Shown in pieces: positions 1 to 8,600 of a stretch of DNA of 17,375 bases (within the stretch, counting starts at the first letter, position 1; the number at the start of each line of letters is the position of its first letter). Both the position numbers and the translations under genes were made by a program. The DNA lies in the NCBI GenBank assembly GCA_037137395.1, contig JBAXKK010000055.1, positions 1-17,375 on the forward strand, read 5' to 3'. The stretch comes from Elusimicrobiota bacterium. Its GTDB lineage: Bacteria > Elusimicrobiota > Elusimicrobia > Elusimicrobiales > UBA9959. The notes beneath the pieces were generated by a model. That model was not told the origin of the DNA. It searched no databases and saw nothing but the letters and a program-made list of their open reading frames with translations.

Positions 1-1779
1 GCCGCTGACTTGTACCCCGGCTACGGCGCCACCATGAGCGCGAACAGCGCGGCGGGGCAACCGCGGTTTGTGACAGTTTTATTGTACCCCGCAAACAACG
101 CCACTGATGTTTCCCAAAGTCCGTCTTTGAATGTTACGGCGCTTATCCCCAACGCGACCGTGCAATATAATTTCCAGGTTGACACGCTTCAGACCATGAA
201 TTCGCAAAGCGGCAATCCGCAGGGCGACTTTGACCAGACAGTGGCGCAGCTGTTTGCTTCATCGGGGGCGTTCAGTGGGCAGGATAAGACCATCGCAATT
301 TCCAGCGACGCTTATTTAGGGGCAAGCACGGCAACCTTCGCCTTCTATTCAAGCAGCGCAAAACTTAACGCCAACACGGTGTATTACTGGCGCGCGAGGG
401 CCAAGCCCTCAACCGGCGTTTATGGCGAGTGGTCCAGCACATTCAGTTTCACCACCGGGCAATTTGCCTCTGCCAACCCGGCTAACCATCTGGCGATAAG
501 CGGCGTAACTATGTCGGGCGTCACCGGCCCCGGTCTGGCAACGATAAGCTTTAACATAGCCGAAAACAACGTGACAACCGGTACCTCAACCAATGGCGGG
601 GCGTATAACACAGCCGACTGGGTATTTGTAAAGTTCTCCACCGCAGCGGGAGCGGACGGCACCTGGCAGCATGCGACATTAACCGGCGGCACGGTGGGCG
701 CCGGCGCAACACTTGCGGCAGCAAGCGATAATAAAGGCGTTTACCTGAACCATACGACCAATTCACTCTATTGGACATCAAGCGTTAATGTCACCTGGAA
801 TCTAGCCGCCGATGGTATATTGTTTTCAAAAGTATACGTAAAGGTGTTCGCCATCTCCATGGTGAAAGTGCCGACAGGTGATTTTATTTACAATGTTAGT
901 AATATTGGCGGCAGCACATTTAACAATTACAATTCCGGAACGCAGGCCATAATTAGCGGCCCCGGAACCGCCACCGGTACTGGTACAAACAATCTCCCCT
1001 TGGACGCACCTGTAGGCTGGCCTAACGGCTACAGTGGTTTCTATATTGGCCGCTACGAGATAACACAGGGTCAGTACGCCGACTTCCTTAATACGATACC
1101 ATCAACTCTAGCGTCTAGTCTTCACTATGGCACCGTGGCAAACGGCCACAACATGACTTACACCGCCGGCAATTCATACGGCTTAAAGTACGCGGCAGTA
1201 GACCCGAACGCCGCCAAGAACTACCTATCATTTGATGACGGATGGCGTTACCTATCCTGGGCCGGATTACGCCCGCCGACTGAAATGGAATTTGAAAAAG
1301 CCGGGCGGGACCTGTCGCCCGATGCCCGCATTTACCCTTGGGGCAGCACCCCTGTTCCGGACTGGATAACATACGCCCCTCGAAATGAAGGCGGTAACCT
1401 AGCCTGTATACGCCGTTACATGAATTACGGCAACTTGGGCTATTGCACAAGAGTTCTTGATGTAGGCCGCTATATGGGGGGTGATGTGTACCGCACAACG
1501 GCGGAAACAGGCGCCTCGCCTTGGGGTATAGCTGATCTGGCAGGAAATGTATGGGAACTAGTTATAAATTCCAAATGGGCCAGTGTACCGCTGAATGGCA
1601 ACGGAACGCCAACACTTCCGGCAACCTGGCCGGTGCCGGGCGCTGATACTGCCGGTGATCGCGGCGGCGGCTGGGGCAGCGATGCATCGGGCGCTCGTGT
1701 CTCCGACCGTTACTTCGCCAGTTGGGCTAACACTAATCGTAACGGCGATGTCGGCGCGCGAGGTTGCAGGACGCCGTAG
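1..1779 (+). CDS. Secreted FN3-like + FGE-sulfatase (SUMF1 / C-type lectin fold) protein, 5'-partial; probable DGR target
   Basis: Frame is open from base 1 (AADLYPGYG...), so the true start probably lies upstream. FN3-like motif YYWRARAK...GEWS. From ~859 canonical FGE motifs follow: MVKVPTGDF, FYIGRYEITQGQY, LRPPTEMEFEKAGR, IYPWG, SPWGIADLAGNVWE and RGGGW...GARG. Stop TAG at 1777-1779. Confidence 0.88.
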   Translation, partial: AADLYPGYGATMSANSAAGQPRFVTVLLYPANNATDVSQSPSLNVTALIPNATVQYNFQVDTLQTMNSQSGNPQGDFDQTVAQLFASSGAFSGQDKTIAISSDAYLGASTATFAFYSSSAKLNANTVYYWRARAKPSTGVYGEWSSTFSFTTGQFASANPANHLAISGVTMSGVTGPGLATISFNIAENNVTTGTSTNGGAYNTADWVFVKFSTAAGADGTWQHATLTGGTVGAGATLAAASDNKGVYLNHTTNSLYWTSSVNVTWNLAADGILFSKVYVKVFAISMVKVPTGDFIYNVSNIGGSTFNNYNSGTQAIISGPGTATGTGTNNLPLDAPVGWPNGYSGFYIGRYEITQGQYADFLNTIPSTLASSLHYGTVANGHNMTYTAGNSYGLKYAAVDPNAAKNYLSFDDGWRYLSWAGLRPPTEMEFEKAGRDLSPDARIYPWGSTPVPDWITYAPRNEGGNLACIRRYMNYGNLGYCTRVLDVGRYMGGDVYRTTAETGASPWGIADLAGNVWELVINSKWASVPLNGNGTPTLPATWPVPGADTAGDRGGGWGSDASGARVSDRYFASWANTNRNGDVGARGCRTP

Positions 1780-1793
1780 TCCTTGTTCCAAGG
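1639..1793 (+). other. Putative DGR variable region with GC-rich 3' end and downstream hairpin
   Basis: C-terminal RGGxWxxxAxxARVSxRxxAxWxNTNRNxxVGAR. 35 of 39 codons in 1639-1755 end in C/T. GC-rich GTCGGCGCGCGAGG at 1750-1763. Hairpin CCTTG-TTC-CAAGG at 1781-1793, just after the stop. Confidence 0.6.
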
Positions 1794-1795
1794 GT

Positions 1796-1822
1796 AGGTG
1801 ACAGGTAGCAGGAAACAGGTTG
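1796..1822. repeat. Left arm of a 27-bp inverted repeat (partner 2928-2954)
   Basis: AGGTGACAGGTAGCAGGAAACAGGTTG versus the reverse complement of 2928-2954, AGGTTACAGGTAGCAGGAAACAGGTTG: 26/27 identical. Confidence 0.9.
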
Positions 1823-1833
1823 CCGGTGCCAGT

Positions 1834-1904
1834 AGTAAGGAATAAGGATTAAGTGATAAGGAGTAAGTTTTAATCGGTAGTTGCTTACAACTTACAACTT
1901 AATC
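1834..1904. repeat. Inverted heptamer arrays (xxTAAGx / xCTTAxx) forming an imperfect hairpin between convergent genes; possible terminator
   Basis: AGTAAGG AATAAGG ATTAAGT GATAAGG AGTAAGT (1834-1868), then GCTTACA ACTTACA ACTTAAT (1883-1903). GATTAAGT (1847-1854) pairs with ACTTAATC (1897-1904). Confidence 0.75.
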
Positions 1905-1920
1905 ATTCCGCAACGCCGAG

Positions 1921-2322
1921 TTAGAGTATTTTAACGAAGTGGAAAGAGGGCAGTTTATGAAGAAGTTTTTTGTCGGCGGTGATAAGCTCGCAACCGAGCG
2001 ATTTGGCCAGCGCAACATATACGGCATCGTAAACCGTGATGTCATGGCCCATGGCGAGGCGCACCGCCTCTTTGAGAAGCGCCCCGTTAGGGGTTATAAC
2101 CTCAATACCAAGCGAGGTGAAGTTTTCCAAAGCGGACGCGACATCATTGGCGCTAAGTTTCCTGCTATATCTGAGCGCATTGGCCAATTCATAAAGAATA
2201 AGATCCGGGACGGCCAGCTTCTCAATGCCGGAATTAAAATCCTCAAGCAAATCGAGGGCTTCCCGCGTCTCGTTTTCGGTCACGTACCATTTATAAACTA
2301 CCGAAGCGTCGGCGATTTTCAT
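1921..2322 (-). CDS. vapC: PIN-domain type II toxin (VapC family)
   Basis: MKIADASVVYKW...PDLILYELANAL...ITVYDAVYVALA...LITADKKL contains the PIN acidic residues. Start placed at the ATG at 2322, which overlaps the upstream stop (ATGA), rather than at 2367; 133 aa. Confidence 0.9.
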   Translation of the reverse strand: MKIADASVVYKWYVTENETREALDLLEDFNSGIEKLAVPDLILYELANALRYSRKLSANDVASALENFTSLGIEVITPNGALLKEAVRLAMGHDITVYDAVYVALAKSLGCELITADKKLLHKLPSFHFVKIL

Positions 2323-2525
2323 CTTGAGTTGCGGAAGCGGCGTATTATGGCTGTTCCATCTGAACATTTACCGATCTTGGCGGAAATTCTGGCGCGGATT
2401 TTGGACATTTCCTCTATTGTGTTGTCCAGACGGCTTTGGTCGCGCCAGCGGAAACCCAACAGGAGAGTCGCGCGCTTTTCTATAAGCGACATGCTATCAA
2501 ACGCGAATTTTATGTGGTGTCTCAT
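2319..2525 (-). CDS. Putative cognate antitoxin (VapB-like), 68 aa
   Basis: Small ORF directly upstream of the PIN gene with a 4-nt ATGA overlap. The C-terminal DGTAIIRRFRNSR resembles the D-x-T-x-I-I-R-x-x-R tail of many VapB-type antitoxins. Confidence 0.7.
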   Translation of the reverse strand: MRHHIKFAFDSMSLIEKRATLLLGFRWRDQSRLDNTIEEMSKIRARISAKIGKCSDGTAIIRRFRNSR

Positions 2526-2531
2526 GGTGAC

Positions 2532-2560
2532 AGTATAACAGAAAAAGCTGGCAAAAGCAA
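2532..2560 (-). promoter_or_regulatory. Sigma70-type promoter of the TA operon, probably giving a leaderless mRNA
   Basis: Minus strand reads TTGCTT (2560-2555), a 17-nt spacer ending TGT, then TATACT (2537-2532). Only 6 nt separate the -10 from the ATG at 2525, and no Shine-Dalgarno is present. Confidence 0.65.
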
Positions 2561-2572
2561 AAAAACGGTTAA

Positions 2573-2661
2573 TCAGTACAGCAGTAACCGGTAAGCAGGG
2601 TCAGTACTGCAAAGTATCCGGTAAAATCAGTAACCGGTATCCAGTAGTCAGTAACCAGTAA
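2573..2661. repeat. Heptamer array, consensus YCRGTAA
   Basis: Five tandem units TCAGTAA CCGGTAT CCAGTAG TCAGTAA CCAGTAA (2627-2661) plus degenerate units from 2573. ATCAGTAACCGGTA (2626-2639) is the perfect reverse complement of 2897-2910. Confidence 0.8.
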
Positions 2662-2680
2662 CGGCATTTTAGAGAAGAGT

Positions 2681-5600
2681 ATGGAAACGGTAAAAAAGAC
2701 CAAAATGGCGCCAGGCTCCTTCTTAAAAAGGCGCGCGGTGTCGCTTTTGGGTTTTTTGCCCTCTCTTTTCAATCGTTCTAGTGAAGCCTTTGATGTCTCC
2801 CCGGCGAACGCCGGGGTCCAGTGTCGGAGATGTTCCTGGATTCCGGCTTTCACCCCCAGTTTCACGGTGGGGCAGGTCGCCGGAAAGACGACCGGTTACC
2901 GGTTACTGATGCCGTTGTTGTTCCTGACAACCTGTTTCCTGCTACCTGTAACCTCACCTGCAGCCGACCTCTTCCCCGGTTACGGGTCCGCCAAGAGCGC
3001 GCTTAGCGCCGGATTTGATGTTTATGCACCTCCGCTCCTGATCTCGACCCCAAGCTATCCGGCAAACAATTCTTACATCAATCTGGCAAGACCCAGTTTT
3101 GCCTGGGTGGGAGTAAGCACCCCGATGGCTGCGTCTATAGGAGCGCAGGGGCAATACAAGGTGGATTATTCAATTGATCCGGATTTTCTCAGCGGCGTTG
3201 TAACCCTTTCAACCCCGATAGTTACCGCCACCAACGCTTTTACCGCCGACGGTCTAGTGACGCCAGCTTCAAACCTGAGCGACAACACCACCTATTACTG
3301 GCGCGTGAAGGTTTATGACGGCACCTCCCTGGTTTCAGGCGACTGGTCGCAGGTTTATAGTTTTAAAATTGACCTTACCGTGCCGTCCGCTTCCGATTAT
3401 AAAGTTATCTCCAGCACAAGCGGCCTGCTGAGCCAGGACCAATGGATAAATCTTACCGCGGGCGTTACAGTGCAGATGAAAGCCCGGGACGAGCAGACCG
3501 GGCTGGCTGTTTCAACCTCTGCGCTTTGGGGAGACGGCGGTAATAGCAACTGGAGTGACCTTACAGGCGGATTCAGCATAAAGTATACCACCAATGCCGG
3601 GGCCAATTGGCAGGAGGGTACAGGTTGGTCAGTCTCCGGCAACTCAACTGTCGGAAGTATGGCGGTGCTTGCGGTTTATAGAGGAAAATTATACGGCGGA
3701 GGATACAACGGTTCCGTAGCTGTATTTAGCGGCACAAGCTGGACGCCGGCGTTCACCGCGACCGGCACACATGTTCAATCGTTCGCTGTGTACAGGGACA
3801 AATTATATGTCGGGCTGCACAACGGCACGGTTGGCGTATATGACGCCCAAACCGACACTTATGCCCAAGATACGAATAACGGCAATCCGGTAAACTCACT
3901 TGGAACACAAGTGACAGCGCTTGCCGTCTACAATGATAAGCTATACGCGGGGGCGGGAGTCACTTCCGCCCAGGTTGCCGTATTTGATGGCACATCATGG
4001 AAAGCCTCCAACAAAGGCAATCCGGTAACCGCAACCGCGACCGGTGTTTATTCCTTCGCAGTGTATAACGGCAAACTGTATGCCGCAGTGGCAGGGACCG
4101 GGGAAGTAGCAATATTTAACGGCGTAAACTGGGTCAATGGCGGCGTTGTAGAATATCCCTGGGGTTCCGTGCGATCGCTTTGTGTTTATAACGGTAAATT
4201 ATACGCCGGTACTTACAATAACAGAGTGTTCGCCATGACCGGTTCAAGTTGGGTGGAAGCCACCACCTCACGCATGACTGGAGTAATAGAGTCGCTTACC
4301 GCTTACAATGGCAAACTATACGCAGGGATTTATGATTCCTATATGCATGTATTTGACGGCACATCATGGGCTGCCACGAACAACGGTAATCCAGTAACTG
4401 CGGGATGGTACGGCGGCGCGGTTGCTGTTTACAACGGCAGATTGTATATGGGAAATAATGCGGGCAGCAATGTGTCGATCATGAACCAGTTAGCTACGAC
4501 CCTTACAGGCGCCGACGGCACTACCGCGGAACAGACGCTGTCGGCTTCGGGGCTTAACCTTGTGCAGTCAACCAATAGCGTGGTCTGCAACGGCTCATAT
4601 CCCTGCGGCGCCACCAACCAGGTGGTGTTCAGCGCTTCGGATATGGCCGGCAATGTGCGGACTTACGGCCCGTATTCAGTGCTGGTGGACACAACCCCGC
4701 CGCCGGTTCCAACGCTTTCGGCGCCGGCTGACGGAGCCGTTTTCGCCATCAGCTCGATACCCGTCTCATGGACGGCCGTGACTGACGGCGGTTCCGGCCT
4801 GGCCGGTTACGAACTGCAACTGTCAGCGGCTTCGGATTTTAATCCCGTAACTTATTCCTCCTTTACCGCGAACCTGTCACTGGTTCTTAATGATGTGCCG
4901 TATCTGAACTACTGGCGGGTCCGCTCAAGAGATAATTCCAATAATTATTCGGCTTTCACTTCGTACAGGTCTTTTTATGTAGACGCTTCAAGCCCGGTCA
5001 TTACAAACAACCAGGTCAGCCCTACCGAATGGTATTCAGCGGACCCCGGCGCGGTATTTAATGTTGACTTCGCGGACCTGATCAGCGGGCTTACAACAGC
5101 ACAGTACAGGATAACTTCGGCGGCCGCGGGCGGGGGGACGGTGCTTAAGGGCTGGACCGATATTTATTCCAACCCGGCGGGTGCCGCGGCCTACACGGAT
5201 AATTGGGCGGTAAATTTTGCCGTGCTTAATCAGGGTTTAAATTATGTCTCGGTGAGGGCTTTTGATAAGGTCGCGCTTTCTGAAACAGTAACAGACGCTT
5301 TCGTGATAAGAAAAGATACCGATACGCCTCATTTCATTGACAACCAGGCTGGGGACAATACCTGGCGCGGCACGGCCGGAACTGCCTACAACATAGACTT
5401 CACCGACCTTGGCGCGGGCGTGACAACCGCGCAGTATATGATAACTTCCCAGACCGCGGGTAATGGCACCGTGCTTAAGGATTGGACCGATATTTATTCC
5501 AACCCGACAGGCGGGGCGGCTTACACGGATAACTGGACGTTGGATTTTACCGCGCTGCAGGAAGCGTCAACCAACTATGTGTCGGTCAGAGCTTATGATC

Positions 5601-8600
5601 TATTGGAGAAAACAACCACTTACTATGACGCTTTTTATGTGCTGAAGGACACCACTTCACCCACCATAATAGACAACCAACCGAATGATGTCTGGCGAAC
5701 AGTAAACCCCGGCGCCATATATGACGTGGACTTCGCCGACGCGGGCGGCTCAAAGCTCAGCTACGCGGTGTATTCCATCTCTACAAGCCCGGTCCTGGCT
5801 GACGGCACTGTCAAGGCCTGGACAAATATCGCGGTTTCAATTTCCTCTAACGGCTACGAGACGAACTGGCAGCTGGATTTTGCCGCTGAGCGCGCCGGGA
5901 CAAATTATGTATCGGTCAGGGTTTACGACTACGCCGGCAATTACACCCAGCAGAACGACATCTTCAGCGTGATAAAAGACACCGCCGGCCCTGTTATAAC
6001 GGATAACCAAACCGGCGACGCTGTCTGGCGCGCCGAGGCCGGCACGCTTTATGATGTTGATTTTGCCGACCCCTTGACCGGGTTTACCACGGCGCAGTAT
6101 CGGATAACTTCTTTGGCGGCGGGCGGCGGAACAGTGCTCAAGGATTGGACGGATATTTATTCAAACGCGGCCGGCACCGCGGCTTACACTACCGATTGGA
6201 GCGTGGATTTTGCCGCGCTGGCCCAGATTACCACCAATTACGTATCGGTGCGCGCCTATGACTTCTTGGGCAACAGCACGACACGCAATGATGTTTTCTA
6301 CGTGCTAAAGGACACCACACCACCGACAATAACGAACAATCAGGCTAACGATATCTGGCGCTACACCGACCCCGGCGCCATATACAATACGGATTTCAGC
6401 GACACTGGCGGCTCAAAGTTGAACCGCGCGCAGTACTCCATCTCCACGGGTCGGGACTTCGCGGACGGCAATGTAAAGGGCTGGACAGATATAGCGATCT
6501 CAATTTCCTCTAATGGTTACACCGCCAATTGGGCCGTGGACTTTGCCGCTGAACCGGCCGGGACAAGCTATGTTTCGGTCAGAACTTACGACAATGCCGG
6601 CAACAACACCCAGCAAACCGATATTTTTACTGTCAGAAAGGACACAACCGCACCGGTGATAACCAACAACCAGAGCGGAGACGACGCTTGGCGTACCGCG
6701 GCCGGCACGCTTTATGACGTGGATTTCGCCGACGATCTATCAGGGCTTGCCACAGCGCAGTACAAAGTAACTTCCCTGCCTGCCGGCGCGGGAACCGTAA
6801 TAAAGAACTGGACGGATATCTATTCCAACCCTTCCGGCGCGGCGGCCTACACCGACAACTGGCCGTTGGATTTTGCCGGCCTGCAGGAATGGGCCACCGG
6901 CTATGTGTCGGTGCGGGCTTACGACCTGGCCGCCAAACCTACAGTCTCCACCGATGTATTTCATGTATTAAAAGATACCACGCCTCCTTCAATCGCCCTG
7001 ACCAGTTTCCGGGTGAGCTCGGTAACGCTGTCACTCGCGGCCTTGGGTTCGGATATCCGCTCCGGGTTTAAAGACTATTACTTTGAAATCTCTCCCGTGG
7101 CCAACTTCAGCGCAGATGTTTTGAGCGCGGGCTACAGCGCTTCAACCTCGGCGGTGTTCGCCGACATGCTTGAGGCCACCACCTACTACGCCAGGGTAAA
7201 GGCCCGCGACATCGCCGATAATGAAAGCGCCTACACCGTTACGGCCGCCACCCGCACGCGCGGTTTCGTACATATCTCCGGCACAAACCTCGCGCCGGCT
7301 AACGCGATGCAGGGCTCCAATGTAGTTATGATGACCCTGGATATGGTGATCAACTCCGTGAACCCAGCCACGCTGCAAAGGATCGATCTTACAAGGACCG
7401 GCACTACGTCCGCGTCGGATGTCGCCGCCGTAAAGATATACAGGGACACCAACGGCAACGGCCTGCTTGACGGGGACGAGCCGCTGTTCGGCAGCGCGGG
7501 GTTTTCCGGGGTCAACACAACTGTTACCATGACGCCGCCGCTGCCGGTAACCAGCACGCAGGTGAAACTGCTGGTGGTATATAACTTCGCCGCTGAGGCC
7601 ACGATAGGAAAGACAGCCGGTGTGACCATCACCTCCGCGGATAAATTGGTCTTTGCCGACCCCTACCAGACCGTAGGCGTTTTCCCGATGACCTCCGACG
7701 CCTCAACGATACAGGACGGCAATAATAATCTTTATATTACCGCTACCAGTTTGGTGTCCGGCGCCGCGCCGCCCGGCACCGCTAATGTGCCGATCATAAA
7801 ACTGGTTATGAACACCAATGTCGGAACCAGCACGATAGAGAGGCTGAACGCGCTGCTGGCGGGCACGGTGGCCTCCAACAATGTTTCGGCGGTTAAAATT
7901 TATCGCGACGCCAACAGCAACGCGCAATTTGATCTGGCGTCGGATACGCTGCTTACCTCCGGCTCGGACGCGTTCCTTGAGTACAGCTCCACTATTACCC
8001 TGACCGCTTCCGCGGCCAACCGCACTGTGGGCTCGGTGCCGGTATATATGTTCGTGGTTGTGGATGTGGCCGCCGGCACGCCTGAAGGTTCAAATTTTAC
8101 CGTGTCTATACCTACTTCTTCGGCTTTCGCTCTCACCAATTCCGGAGATAAGCCGCTGATGACTCCGGCGTCGTTCACTTCCGGAAGGGTTGTGGTGCAG
8201 ACCAGCAACTCGGCTAACGTGCTTCTGCAGTCTCTGGTGCCTGCCGAAATGATGCAGGGCGGAGTTTACGCGGTGGCCATGGCGTCCGTCAGCGTCAACC
8301 TTGGCGTGGCTGACCTGAACCGCGTGACGGTTAATAAGGCGGGCAGCGCGGTGGACAACGACATTAAAGCCGCGTGGATATACAGGGATACGATGATGGA
8401 CGGCGGGGACTTTAATATCAATTTTGACCTGCCGCTGGGCTCCGCGGCTTTCTCAGGCGGCATAGCCGTGATAGACATAGCCACCGAGACGATAAGCGCC
8501 AGCGCCACGACACAATTGTTCGTTGTGTATGAAATTTCGCCCACCGCCATAGAGAATCACACTGTAGGCGCCGGCTTCACAAATCCGGACTATTTCCGCA

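Noticed and set aside
10..12. TTG start given by the ORF track for gene 1
   Set aside because: The frame is open to base 1, and the preceding AAD matches the post-signal sequence of the giant protein, so the real start is probably upstream of the window.
859..1779. Gene 1 as a true formylglycine-generating enzyme
   Set aside because: The catalytic Cys pair after RGGS is absent (RGGGWGSDASGAR); a binding-type lectin fold fits better.
2323..2367. N-terminal extension of VapC from ATG 2367
   Set aside because: PIN domains begin just before the first Asp, and the ATGA overlap at 2319-2322 gives a better start.
1939..2538. 199-aa plus-strand ORF
   Set aside because: Antisense shadow of the well-supported PIN toxin/antitoxin pair; no recognisable motifs.
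1780..2680. DGR template repeat, avd or RT downstream of the putative variable region
   Set aside because: No AAC-rich copy of the region and no RT motifs were found here or elsewhere in the window.
2569..2865. 98-aa minus-strand ORF
   Set aside because: Largely made of translated REP (WTPAFAGET) and heptamer repeats, and it overlaps the giant gene's 5' region.
1796..2954. IS or transposon defined by the 27-bp inverted repeat
   Set aside because: No transposase inside and no target-site duplication seen; kept only as an inverted-repeat finding.
4976..6967. CRISPR array or DGR TR/VR pair
   Set aside because: These are in-frame coding repeats of 330/333 nt with no unique spacers, and the differences are not adenine-specific.
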